Assembly: GCA_029856105.1 (NCBI GenBank)
Contig: JAHQWH010000226.1
Location: 13,075-77,074 of the forward strand
Direction: 5' to 3'
From: Promethearchaeia archaeon
GTDB lineage: Archaea > Asgardarchaeota > Lokiarchaeia > Sigyniarchaeales > SOKP01
Length of the DNA: 64,000 nt
A program made the translations under genes and the position numbers. Of the stretch, positions 51,860 through 62,418 are shown piece after piece; the stretch's first letter is position 1; every line of letters begins with the position of its first letter. Below the pieces are notes generated by a model. The model was not told the DNA's origin and did not search any database. It saw only the letters and a list, made by a program, of their open reading frames with translations.

Positions 51860-52399
51860 ATGAAGACAAAATTACAATCTTTAGAGATTTTAGGAGTTTT
51901 ATTTGTTATTATAATTGGTTCTATATTTCATTTTGTTTTTGAATGGTCTAATCAATGGTTACCACTTGGAGCAATAACTCCTGTAAATGAAAGCGTCTGG
52001 GAACATTTAAAGCTAGTATTTTGGCCTTTAGTATTCTTTTCAATAATAGAATATCTTTTATTAAAAAGAGAGGTAAATAATTTTGTTCTTTCGAAACTAA
52101 TTGCTATTAGTATCGCTGAAACTACAATTTTAATTTCATTCTATTCCTATACTGCAACATTAGGAACAGAAATATTGTTTGTTGATATTCTCAGTTTTAT
52201 AATTGGCGTAGTATTAGGTTATTTAGTTAATTACAAGTTATTAAAATTTAAAAAGACACCTAAATGGGACATGATCATATCTGCTATAGCTATAATTTTA
52301 CTTGGAATTATTTTTGTGTTTTTTACATATTTCCCTCCAGAAATACCATTGTTTCAGGATCCAGAAACTGGGCTTTATGGTATAATTTTAAATTTATAA
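51860..52399 (+). CDS. DUF6512-like membrane protein
   Basis: HFVFEWS, PVNESVWEHLKL, FTYFPP..PLFQDP. Confidence 0.75.
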   Translation: MKTKLQSLEILGVLFVIIIGSIFHFVFEWSNQWLPLGAITPVNESVWEHLKLVFWPLVFFSIIEYLLLKREVNNFVLSKLIAISIAETTILISFYSYTATLGTEILFVDILSFIIGVVLGYLVNYKLLKFKKTPKWDMIISAIAIILLGIIFVFFTYFPPEIPLFQDPETGLYGIILNL

Positions 52400-52437
52400 T
52401 AATATTCTTTTTATTTCCTTTTTTTATAATTCAATTA

Positions 52438-54060
52438 ATGAATAAAGTATTCGATTTTGATAAAGAGACCCAAAAAATATTTAATAGCTTCTTGATTGAT
52501 GTAACTTCGACGGATTGGAAAAGTTGGTTAAAATTGTCAACCATAGAAGAATATGAAAATTACTTATTAAAAAATTCCGGCTTTTCTTCCTTTTCAGAGA
52601 TCATTGAAAAAAAGAATCTTGATTCTAAAGCATTCTCAATTGATATTAATTCATTTATAAAAAATTATAGTTCTTCTGATGCAATAGTATTGTGCCATAC
52701 ATCTGGAACTACAAATAGTAATATTAATGCATTAAAATGGTTTCATATGTCAAAAGATATTGTAATTAAATACTGGATTCCAGGAATGCAAGCTATATTT
52801 GAATCAAGTGGTTTAAACTCAGAAAATTCTGCTGTTATATTTGTACCATCAAGAACTAATCTGGACGGCATAAAAATCTTTAATGATAGGCAATATCTTT
52901 CTCTTTATTCTTCAGAATTTTCGCAAAGAACTATGTTGTCTAGCATTAAACCTAATTCTTATTTACTTTATGAATATAAGAAGTCTAAGGATTTGGATAT
53001 TATTTCTAAAATTTTATCTATGGAAGACATATCTGTTATATCAGCTCCAGCTATAACAATATTAGGATGGGCTGATATTGAGAGGTTGCAAAAAGGATTG
53101 TCCAAATCAAACCTAAAATTCAAAGAGAAATTTAACTCCAGCGATAATGATATTAAAAATTTAATTAAACGAGAAGGTATGAAAAAGGCATCAAAAATAA
53201 TCCAAGAAAAACTCTCCAAAAAATTGAAGGAGGCTACAATAATCTTTAGTATAAGTTCTCTTTCAGAACAAGATTGGATGTTGATTAGAAAATTCATGCG
53301 CTGGAAGAAAGGAGAAGAAAAGTTTACAAATTTATATGTAGCTTCTGAAGTTGGCCCCATTGCTTCGAGTTTAGGTGATTTTCATGTTTCGCGTAAAAAT
53401 AGCATGTATTTATTTCCTTTAACTTTAGATGTCTTAGAATATAAAGGAAAAAAAGATTTGATTTCTCGAACAGAAAATAAAATAGGAAAACTCTTAGTTT
53501 CTCGTTTAAATAATGAACAATTTCTAATTAATATTGATCTTGGAGATATTATAAAAATTAAAACCCAAAAAGGTCTTCCTCAAATTGAAGGTAGGATTTT
53601 ACGAGCAAAATTTGAATTGAAATATCCCCTTTTGATATCAAACAAAATTCCTTTATCTAATCATTATACTACTTATGCGGGTGAATATTTTATCTTTGAT
53701 CATTTTGAAATCTATAATCCTCGTAAATTATTGAATTGTCTAAATTCACACTGCTCGTCTAATTTTGAGTGCTTTTTATTAACTAAGACAAATGATTCTG
53801 TTCTTAAATTAATCTTGCCTCAAGATATAAACTCAAAATGTGCGGATCTTGATTTTGTGAAAAAATTCATTTTTAATTGCTCACAACACGATGGTCTTAA
53901 AACCGCAATTAATAATAACCAAATCAAAATAAAAATAGTAAATGATAAAACTATTGACTTTTTAGCAACAAGATCAGAAATGCTGAATAATGTTAGAAAT
54001 GGAAAAATACCGAAGGGAATTTTAAAGAAGTGGCCCTTATATTATATTGAAATCAATTAA
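52438..54060 (+). CDS. divergent adenylate-forming (GH3/PaaK/LuxE-like) enzyme
   Basis: HTSGTT, LYVASEVG, DLGDII, EGR motifs; start moved to ATG 52438 to avoid overlap. Confidence 0.65.
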   Translation: MNKVFDFDKETQKIFNSFLIDVTSTDWKSWLKLSTIEEYENYLLKNSGFSSFSEIIEKKNLDSKAFSIDINSFIKNYSSSDAIVLCHTSGTTNSNINALKWFHMSKDIVIKYWIPGMQAIFESSGLNSENSAVIFVPSRTNLDGIKIFNDRQYLSLYSSEFSQRTMLSSIKPNSYLLYEYKKSKDLDIISKILSMEDISVISAPAITILGWADIERLQKGLSKSNLKFKEKFNSSDNDIKNLIKREGMKKASKIIQEKLSKKLKEATIIFSISSLSEQDWMLIRKFMRWKKGEEKFTNLYVASEVGPIASSLGDFHVSRKNSMYLFPLTLDVLEYKGKKDLISRTENKIGKLLVSRLNNEQFLINIDLGDIIKIKTQKGLPQIEGRILRAKFELKYPLLISNKIPLSNHYTTYAGEYFIFDHFEIYNPRKLLNCLNSHCSSNFECFLLTKTNDSVLKLILPQDINSKCADLDFVKKFIFNCSQHDGLKTAINNNQIKIKIVNDKTIDFLATRSEMLNNVRNGKIPKGILKKWPLYYIEIN

Positions 54061-54406
54061 TATCTCAATTTTAGGTTTCGCAGCTTAAAAAAATTATAAA
54101 TGATATAATATAACACCGATTCCGTAGGATTTACTTTTTTATTAAATGCTGCAAAAGTTTTATCCAAGAATAATTTCAGATACTTTTTCTCTTTATTTCT
54201 TAATCAAAATAACTAAATCTTCTTTAAGTTTTTCACTTTATCTATTAGAAATATCATTATCCTCATTTTTAGTTATATTTATATAGAATTGTTCAAGGTC
54301 ATTAGAAATCAAGTTTTCTTCTTTATGTTACAAGCAAATTCTCAAGTTATTTCGAATATCTTCTTCTATCCACTCTTTCTAGAGAGATATTTTATTGTGC
54401 TAATTT

Positions 54407-55450
54407 TTATTCTTCTTCTTCGTCATCAACTGCATCAAGATTAATGCTTGAATTTGGTTTATTCTCGCTTATTGGAGCTACATATAATCTTTTCACTATT
54501 GCTCTTATAGTCTCTATTTTTAAGCTATCAGGTGGTAAACCTTTTTGAATATCCTTAGCGAGTTGGTAAGCAAGTTCTATATATTTTAAATCTTCGAGGA
54601 ATTCTACAATTTGTATTTTATAATCGTTATCCTCGATTCCAGATCCATATTCTAACAATTTTTCTTTCAATAATATATCAATTTTTTCAGTTCTCTCAAT
54701 ATAGCGTATTTTTTTAACTAATTGGTTGAATGAATTGAAAATATTGTAGAGTTCCGAACGGGCGTAACCATCGATATTCTTCAATACATAAAATAAAAAT
54801 AGTTCTGCTTTTTCGTAACGTTTGATTTTTAAACTTATTTCTAACAGTTCGAGAAGTGCTTGCTCGTAGAGAAATTTGCTTTCGATATTTGGAACGATTT
54901 TATCAAAAATCCAATCAATTAGGTTTGGTTGGTTAAATCTTTCAGCAACATCAATTAGGAGTTTAATTACAGAAAAATAAAGCTTTGCATTATCTGTTTT
55001 AGTAGCTGTTAGAAACGAGACTAACGCATATTTGATTCTGCCCATAGCATCTTCCAGGTTAATAGGCGTTTCGGCGAATTTATAAAATGCAGATTCTAAG
55101 ATGGGTTCAACTTTTTCTCTATTTTTAAAATCGTAAACAAAATATTCGCCCCAATTTGGACCTACTTTTTCAACTCCTTTTTTTTCTACTATTTTTGTTT
55201 GAACCGGTTTGGGAGTTCTCGATTTACGCTCTTTATATTTTTCTAACTGAATCTTTGCTTCTTCTTCAGATAAAAATTCGAGAATAATTTTGTTTTTCTC
55301 ATTTGGAACAAGGATTTTAAAGAAAAACTCTTCATCTTCGTTAAATAGAGCTTCCCTTAATTCTTTTGGAAATGTTACGCCGGTTTTAGTTTTTTTTATA
55401 ATATCCTCAAAAAAAAAATCGTCGTGAGATTTCTTCTCTTCTTCTGCCAT
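54407..55450 (-). CDS. hypothetical protein; AbrB-like N-terminus and helical C-terminus
   Basis: KTKTGVTFPKELREAL resembles the AbrB/SpoVT hairpin; acidic tail. Confidence 0.7.
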   Translation of the reverse strand: MAEEEKKSHDDFFFEDIIKKTKTGVTFPKELREALFNEDEEFFFKILVPNEKNKIILEFLSEEEAKIQLEKYKERKSRTPKPVQTKIVEKKGVEKVGPNWGEYFVYDFKNREKVEPILESAFYKFAETPINLEDAMGRIKYALVSFLTATKTDNAKLYFSVIKLLIDVAERFNQPNLIDWIFDKIVPNIESKFLYEQALLELLEISLKIKRYEKAELFLFYVLKNIDGYARSELYNIFNSFNQLVKKIRYIERTEKIDILLKEKLLEYGSGIEDNDYKIQIVEFLEDLKYIELAYQLAKDIQKGLPPDSLKIETIRAIVKRLYVAPISENKPNSSINLDAVDDEEEE

Positions 55451-55562
55451 ATTAATTCTTAGGAATTATAATTTTTTAATTATATGATGTAATTCTGATA
55501 AATTTTGTTAAATATTTCTGTACAAACAATGTAGATGAATATTAAATTAGACTCAAACGGTT

Positions 55563-56156
55563 TTACCCCGTTGTATTTACTAATTCTACGCCTCTAACGG
55601 CGTAATTTTTATCTATGAAACAAAGAATCGCATGTCCCTTATGGTTATAGACTATTGGTACAGGATATGAATCAGAGTTTTCAATAAAGCTTCTTTTAAC
55701 TGTAATTGAAAGTACCGTATTACATACTCGGCAGGGGACCATAATTTCATTGACCAAATCGAGTGAATTAAAGTTTTTAATTATTTTATCAATCTCCTCT
55801 TTAAACGAATTGAACACAGTCGTAGAAAAATTTCCATATTTGATGTAGGAATCAATATCATAAGTTTCGTTAAAAACTTTTGAAACTTGTTCTATTAAAG
55901 CTTCTAACAATTGAAATTGAATCTTTGTATTAGAACCCGCGGTATATATTAAATCAATTAACCGTATATGGACAATTTTCATATTTCCTCTAAATATGTG
56001 AAAGAAAATATTACTTACAGGATTTTGTTTAACAATATTTAAATCTAAAATATAACTTTTTAATGATCTTGGGGGTTTCCACTCAAATATAGTAAATTCA
56101 TCTGTACTGATGTTTACGAACTCGAGATTTTGCAGGATTTTCGTGTAGTCTACCAT
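55563..56156 (-). CDS. hypothetical protein with C-terminal CxxC/HxxH Zn-binding domain
   Basis: CRVC...YPVPIVYNHKGHAILCFIDKNYAVRG. Confidence 0.75.
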   Translation of the reverse strand: MVDYTKILQNLEFVNISTDEFTIFEWKPPRSLKSYILDLNIVKQNPVSNIFFHIFRGNMKIVHIRLIDLIYTAGSNTKIQFQLLEALIEQVSKVFNETYDIDSYIKYGNFSTTVFNSFKEEIDKIIKNFNSLDLVNEIMVPCRVCNTVLSITVKRSFIENSDSYPVPIVYNHKGHAILCFIDKNYAVRGVELVNTTG

Positions 56157-56320
56157 TCAAATCAGCTTGACAAAAATTAACTTTTTTTTTCTCGATTTAA
56201 TTGAATAATTATTATTTATAATAATATAAACCATACGCTATTATAATGATTTAAATATTCGTATATTACAAGTAGGGAATGTAATATCTCTAAATGCAAA
56301 GAAACTAAAAAAATAAATTT

Positions 56321-58021
56321 TTATTGAATTGGATATTTTCCGGATGTTTTTAGCGTCCTCATAATAGCCTTCATATTGTCTACGGGTAATTCACGGGGAA
56401 TTTCACAACCAAATGCTAACCAATATCCGCCTCCTTCAGCAGCAATTTTTAATTTTTTAGTGCAGTCTTCTGAAACTTGTTTTGGATCAGCAACTGTATG
56501 TTTATTGTAATTTAGGTTGCCCATTATCGTTACTTCTTCGCGTAAAAGTTCTTTAGCCCAAGCTAGATCGACTTGATAATCAAATTGAATTGCCCCTCCA
56601 GGATTAGTTTCTTTGGAAAAGTGTACGCATTGAGGGACGTAACCACAACAATGAATTAGGGGTATCATCCCAAGCTTTTTAATGGCACGGCACGCTCTTT
56701 TTTCGGGTTCTAAGCAAAATTGCTTAAAAAATGTGGGAGACATAAAATAAGCGGCAGTTTCCCCTACACCGATAATGTCTGCCCCCGCGTCGTACATCGC
56801 TTTCGCGACCTCAATTTCGAAATCCGCATACCAATCTAAAATTTCTTTAAATTCGTCAACGTGATCCAAAACATAGAAGATAGAGAGGGGATCCGCTCCA
56901 GATAACAACGTAACCCCTTGAAATGCTCCTTCTGTCCAACCAATTATTGGAACTTCGTCCCCAACCTCCTTTTTAGCTAACTCTATTGCTTTAATTGACT
57001 CTGTTAACCTTCCAGCTTTCGTTAAGTCTGGCATTTTTAATTTTTGAAAATCTTTATACATAGTTGAGTGGTTAAGTATTGGTTTTACAACTCGAGGGAC
57101 GTCGTCGTAAGGAAAATCGACTTTTGCACCTAAAGCGCCAGCATATATTCCTACATCTGAAGAAAAACATAAAGCGTCCCATCCAAAAGCTTTATATGCT
57201 TTTATTTGCCCTTCTACAAATTTCTCTGCTTTACTTACATATGCCGAAAATGGAATCTCAGCAAATTTTGCTGTGAATGTCTGCGCAAAGGGCATAAATG
57301 GAACTCTATCTGGTTCTTTATGCTTTACAGACGTCATAACGCGATCGTACGAAGTCATTTCATCTTTTAAATCTTTAGAATATTCTTTTGCCGTTTTCAA
57401 CAATTCATTTACATCTTTAACGTATGCATCAACATTGTATTTCGCAGCCATTGCTGGAGAACCCGCCGGTCCGCTCAAAATTGTCCTGATTTTGTGACGT
57501 ACTCCAAGCTTCCACAATTCGTTTTCTAATTTTTCGACTTGACCTTTTGATTGCATAAGATAAATCGCTGACGCTACTATTCTAGCGTTAGATTCTTTAA
57601 CTACTTGCGCAATTTTCTCGGGAGAAACATCCGACCCCGCGTTGATTACTTCAAACCCGTTAGCTTTAAGATTTGCTGATACTATATTAGTGCCAATCGT
57701 CCACGGACCACCCATGACTCCTAAAACTATCTTCTTTTCAGGCTCTTTAGGTTCGTCAGATAAACCTAACGACTGTATCCCTACTTCAAAAGCGCCAGCC
57801 GATTTTATAATGTCGTCAAGATACATCCCTTTAATTTTATATTTTTTACTTACATCAGAAAGACCAGCTGATAAGGCTTGTATAATGTCTTCGCGAGAAT
57901 ATCCTTGTCGAGAAGCTTTTCTTACTAACTTCCCGATACTTTTATAATCGCCCTTTGAAGTTGCTTCCGTTATTTGCTCAAGATTATTATTTGACATACA
58001 TTTCCCTTTTAATTTTAACAA
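56321..58021 (-). CDS. corrinoid-binding-like domain fused to MtaA/CmuA (URO-D fold) methyltransferase
   Basis: Cap helices plus Rossmann domain (NGFEVINAGSDVSPE); EPDRVP, LIHCCG, IMGNL, GCEIP. Confidence 0.88.
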   Translation of the reverse strand: MLKLKGKCMSNNNLEQITEATSKGDYKSIGKLVRKASRQGYSREDIIQALSAGLSDVSKKYKIKGMYLDDIIKSAGAFEVGIQSLGLSDEPKEPEKKIVLGVMGGPWTIGTNIVSANLKANGFEVINAGSDVSPEKIAQVVKESNARIVASAIYLMQSKGQVEKLENELWKLGVRHKIRTILSGPAGSPAMAAKYNVDAYVKDVNELLKTAKEYSKDLKDEMTSYDRVMTSVKHKEPDRVPFMPFAQTFTAKFAEIPFSAYVSKAEKFVEGQIKAYKAFGWDALCFSSDVGIYAGALGAKVDFPYDDVPRVVKPILNHSTMYKDFQKLKMPDLTKAGRLTESIKAIELAKKEVGDEVPIIGWTEGAFQGVTLLSGADPLSIFYVLDHVDEFKEILDWYADFEIEVAKAMYDAGADIIGVGETAAYFMSPTFFKQFCLEPEKRACRAIKKLGMIPLIHCCGYVPQCVHFSKETNPGGAIQFDYQVDLAWAKELLREEVTIMGNLNYNKHTVADPKQVSEDCTKKLKIAAEGGGYWLAFGCEIPRELPVDNMKAIMRTLKTSGKYPIQ

Positions 58022-58191
58022 TTTTTTATTTTAACAAATCAGATGAACAAATATTGCATTAAGATGTTAATAAAGCTATATATGCTAGGCAATTTTTAAA
58101 AAAAGGTGATTAAAAAGCTATATATAAAACTTAGTTCAAAGTATATTTAATTTACATTTTAAAATTTTTAAAAAAACTTAGTGAATAAAAT

Positions 58192-59583
58192 ATGAGTAAT
58201 GAAGAGTTAGATAAATATTCCAAAAAAAAAGGGATATTATTTGGTATTGGACAATTTTCTGATGCTATCGCCTCTCAAATGTTTTCAATTTACGTTTTCA
58301 CTTTTTACTACGCTGTAGTGGGTTTAGATGTTAATCTCATTACGCTTGGATTTATATTATGGTCTATTTGGAATGCTATAAACGACCCGCTATTAGGAGC
58401 ATTATCAGACCGAACGAAAACTAAATGGGGTAGAAGAACTCCTTACATAATTACATCTATTATCCCATTATGCATAATAATAGTATTATTATGGACCCCA
58501 CCCACTGATTCAGCGATCGCCTCATTCATATATTTTCTTGTTGTTATGGCATTATTTGATACATTCTATACTATGTACGATCTAAACTATTGCGCCTTAT
58601 TTCCAGAGATGTTTCAAGGACTACGCAATAGGGCAAAAGCTAGCGCCGTCAAACAAATATTTACCGTACTTGGTTTACTTTTTGCTTTTTTATTACCGAC
58701 ATTTATTATTCCTGATTTAACAGACAGTGCTTATATAACTGAATTTATGTACGCTGGAATAGTTATGAGTATTATAATCTTCGTAGGAGCAATTATTATG
58801 ATAAAATTTGGAATAAAAGAAAGAACAGAATTTTCCGAGGATTACAAAACAGCACCATCAATAATTACTTCCCTTAAATTCTCGCTGAAAAATAAATCTT
58901 TTAGGATATTTATTATAATGAATGTCGCATATTGGTACGTCGTAGGTATGCTTCCAATGGTCGCGCCACTCTATGGGAAATCTGTTTTAGGAATAGATGA
59001 TGCAATGCTATTAGGAATATTGTTAGGATTAGCTTTTATTTCAGCCGCGTGTTTTATGGCACTTTGGCGCTTTATTATTGGTAAGGTAGGAATGAAAAAA
59101 GGAGTAATGATATCTATGGTAGTTTTCATAATTTCGTTAGCACCCTTTATGTTTATTTTCAATAAAGAAACTGCTTTTATCGCGTTTATTTTTGTGGGAA
59201 TAGGAATTTCAGGGGCAATATATTTTGGAGACATCCTTCTTGCTGCAATAATTGACGAAGACGAATTAACAACGGGTACAAGACGAGATGGAGGTTATTA
59301 CGGCATAAACGCTTTGCTAACCAAATTATCTACGATTTTAGTAATTCTTAGCATTAATGTTGTTTTCAATAGCGTTGGATGGGCAACGTTTGACCCGGTA
59401 GGAACGACTGAATACACTATTTTTGGACTTAGAAGTTTAATGTTCATTTTTCCAGCTGTTGCGTTAATAATAGGATTAATAGCAATTAGAAAATTCCCAC
59501 TTACAAAAGAAAAATATGAAGAAATAAAGGTTAAGCTTGAAGAATTACACGATCAAAAACGAGAGAAAACTCGTAGTAATTAA
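58192..59583 (+). CDS. MFS glycoside-pentoside-hexuronide (MelB-like) transporter
   Basis: WNAINDPLLGALSDRTKTKWGRR; DEDELTTGTRRDGGYYG. Confidence 0.92.
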   Translation: MSNEELDKYSKKKGILFGIGQFSDAIASQMFSIYVFTFYYAVVGLDVNLITLGFILWSIWNAINDPLLGALSDRTKTKWGRRTPYIITSIIPLCIIIVLLWTPPTDSAIASFIYFLVVMALFDTFYTMYDLNYCALFPEMFQGLRNRAKASAVKQIFTVLGLLFAFLLPTFIIPDLTDSAYITEFMYAGIVMSIIIFVGAIIMIKFGIKERTEFSEDYKTAPSIITSLKFSLKNKSFRIFIIMNVAYWYVVGMLPMVAPLYGKSVLGIDDAMLLGILLGLAFISAACFMALWRFIIGKVGMKKGVMISMVVFIISLAPFMFIFNKETAFIAFIFVGIGISGAIYFGDILLAAIIDEDELTTGTRRDGGYYGINALLTKLSTILVILSINVVFNSVGWATFDPVGTTEYTIFGLRSLMFIFPAVALIIGLIAIRKFPLTKEKYEEIKVKLEELHDQKREKTRSN

Positions 59584-59648
59584 ACTTTAATTCTTTTTTT
59601 TTTAATTTGATACTAAAACATAAATATCAAAAAATAGAAACTTTGATT

Positions 59649-60477
59649 ATGAAGTTCGCAAAGATTGACAGCGTAAAATTGTCATATCAAATTTACGGAA
59701 CAGGTTTTTCTATTATCTTTATACATGGATATGGCGCAAAAAAAAAATATGGAAAACTCAAGTAGTAGACATAAGTAAACAATTTCAAGCCATCACATTT
59801 AACCTCCGAGGAACTGGAGAGTCTGATCGGCCTAATATTCCATACACCATGAAAATGCTAGCCGAAGATGTGAAGGGCTTAATGGACTTTATTGGCATTG
59901 AAAAAGTTCATGTAGTAGGTCGCTCATTTGGTGGAATGATTGCCCAACATTTTGTGCTAAAATACCCCGAAAAAGTCGAAAAATTAATCTTGATCGCTAC
60001 AAATTTCGGTCGAATTGATACAGATTGGGTTGAAATTCCCAAAAAAGGGCGTCTTGAAGAGATTGAGACGATTAAACACGATCCACTCAAGGCTTTTAAG
60101 CAAAAATCGCCTTGGGTCTTTCACGTAAAGTTCAGAAAAGAGATGGAATCTAATCCAAACAAAAAGTTTTTTGACTTTTTTTCTATGGAAGATTTAATCA
60201 GAGAAAGCACGATTAATCCATCAAGACCCCAAGATGTAATAAATTAAGCAGAGGCTATGAAAACACATTACACTATAGAAAGTTTACATGAAATTAAAAA
60301 CGAGACGCTTCTGATAGCAGCGTCTCACGATCGGCAAACTCCGTTTCTGTTATGACTGAAATGCATAGAAAAATTCCTAACAGCAAATTAAAAGTTATAA
60401 ATGAAGCAGGTCATTTTATGACGCTTTCAAGAGCCTCAGAAGTTAACGATATAATTCTAAACTTTTTAAAAAATTAA
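59649..60477 (+). pseudogene. alpha/beta hydrolase pseudogene
   Basis: IHGYG, LRGTGES, GRSFGG, SHD and AGH motifs split by a frameshift in an A10 run (59738-47), an in-frame TAA (60245-47) and a second frameshift near 60345. Confidence 0.88.
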
Positions 60478-60598
60478 TATTTCTTAATATTCTAATTTAG
60501 GTTAAAGATATTTTTTCTATGTTAAACAAATAGATTTTTATATTCTTAGAATAAAATTGTTTATAATACTATTCTATAAAATTAATTTTGTGTTTTAA

Positions 60599-62293
60599 AT
60601 GAAAGATTATTCAGATTGGGAACCTATTTACGATTATGAAAATGAATCTCCTTATCTCGAAAATCACGATCGTCCATGGTTACAGTTTAGGGAACCAAAC
60701 ATTCCAAAATCGATAAAATTCGACCCTATTCCGGTTCACGAATTTATTAAATTAGCAGCTAAAGAATTTCCTAATAATGTGTGTGTTTATCACAAAGCAA
60801 CTGATAAAAAATACACATATCGCGAATTAATCTATATTTCTGACAGATTAGCGAACGCTTTGGTACAATTGGGTGTAAAGAAGGGAGATCCTGTTGGGAT
60901 TATGACGGGCAATTGTCCTGAATTTTTATTTTGCGTTTTGGGTATAATGGAAACTGGAGCCATAGTAATTCCAATCAATCCGTTACTTAAAGAAAACGAC
61001 GTAGCTCACATTGTTAAGGAATCTGGAAATATGAATACTGTATTTGTGCATAAAGCGAACTTTAGAACGATAAAAAAGGTTCAAAAGAAAATAAAATTAG
61101 ATAATGTAATATTACTACAAGCTGAAGCAGCTAAAGAAGGTAATACAACCTTCGAGGAATTTATAGAAGGTGTAGCCCCAATCCAACCAGATGTAGAAAT
61201 TGATCCTTCAAACGATCTAGCAGCTTTATTGTTTACTGGGGGTACTACTGGATTACCAAAAGGAGTAATGTTAACTCATACTAATTTTGTTTCTTGCGCG
61301 CTTTCAACTCTGTTAATGGCAGGAGAAACTGAAGAAAATGAAAGCACTTTCGGTAAAACTGTTAATTTATCGGTCATTCCTTTATGTCATTCTTTTGGTT
61401 TTCTAGTTTTGATAGCAGCTTCTTTTGGAGCGGCAATGCTTGTGATGTTTCCCTCTTTCAACGCCTCTGATATTCTAGAAGCAATTGAATATTATCGAGT
61501 TACTAATTATATTGGAGTTCCTGTTATGTTTCAAATGTTAATTAACAACCCAGATTTTACAGAGCGAGATCTTTCCAGCCTTGAGGAAGCAAACTCAGGT
61601 TCAGCGGCATTGGCTCCTGAATTGGCTAAAAAATGGGAAAAAACTGTTGGTACCAAAGTAGGTCAAGGTTTTGGCTTAACAGAAACATCACCAATTACAC
61701 ATTTGGCAGCTAATTGGATGCCAGAAATTCGATCAGAGAGCATAGGCGTACCCATTATTGATACGGACGCTAAGATTGTTAATCCCGAAACCTTAGAAGA
61801 ACTTAAACCGAACGAGATTGGAGAATTATTGATAAAAGGACCTCAAGTGATGAAAGGATACTGGAAAAGCCCCGAAGAGACGAATAAAGCTATAATAGAT
61901 GGTTGGTTAAGGACAGGAGACCTCGCAAGAATGGATGAACGAGGATATTTCTATATCGAAGGTCGTACTAAAGATATCATTAAATATAAAGGATACAAGG
62001 TTATGCCTCGTGAAGTCGAAGAAAAATTATACGAACACCCAGCTATTTTAGAAGCTGGCGTTGTATCCGCTCCTGATCCAAATATTGGCGAAACAATAAA
62101 AGCATACGTGGTGTTAAAACCAGAATTCAAAGATGGAAAAGTTACTGAGCGAGATATTCTTGAATGGGCCAAAGAACGGTTAGCAGGATATAAGTATCCT
62201 CGTAAAATCGAGTTTTTAAATGTTTTACCAAGAACTAGTGTAGGAAAAATATTTAGAAGAAAATTAAGAGAAAGAGCGTTCAAAGAAAGTTAA
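60599..62293 (+). CDS. long-chain acyl-CoA synthetase (AMP-binding)
   Basis: FTGGTTGLPKG, GFGLTETSP, GWLRTGD, PRTSVGK. Confidence 0.93.
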   Translation: MKDYSDWEPIYDYENESPYLENHDRPWLQFREPNIPKSIKFDPIPVHEFIKLAAKEFPNNVCVYHKATDKKYTYRELIYISDRLANALVQLGVKKGDPVGIMTGNCPEFLFCVLGIMETGAIVIPINPLLKENDVAHIVKESGNMNTVFVHKANFRTIKKVQKKIKLDNVILLQAEAAKEGNTTFEEFIEGVAPIQPDVEIDPSNDLAALLFTGGTTGLPKGVMLTHTNFVSCALSTLLMAGETEENESTFGKTVNLSVIPLCHSFGFLVLIAASFGAAMLVMFPSFNASDILEAIEYYRVTNYIGVPVMFQMLINNPDFTERDLSSLEEANSGSAALAPELAKKWEKTVGTKVGQGFGLTETSPITHLAANWMPEIRSESIGVPIIDTDAKIVNPETLEELKPNEIGELLIKGPQVMKGYWKSPEETNKAIIDGWLRTGDLARMDERGYFYIEGRTKDIIKYKGYKVMPREVEEKLYEHPAILEAGVVSAPDPNIGETIKAYVVLKPEFKDGKVTERDILEWAKERLAGYKYPRKIEFLNVLPRTSVGKIFRRKLRERAFKES

Positions 62294-62418
62294 AATAAAA
62301 AAATATTTTTATTTATTAATCACACTTTTTTTTACATAAATTCATCAATAATTTATGTTTTAAATATAAAGTCGGCATAATTTGAACTAATAAATTAAGA
62401 TAAATTTAGGCGAAAAAT

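Noticed and set aside
52264-52437. Long N-terminal extension of the 598-aa ORF
   Set aside because: Overlaps the upstream gene by 136 nt; ATG 52438 is the more plausible start
59738-59747. Programmed frameshift or phase variation at the A10 run
   Set aside because: Two further independent lesions downstream indicate plain decay
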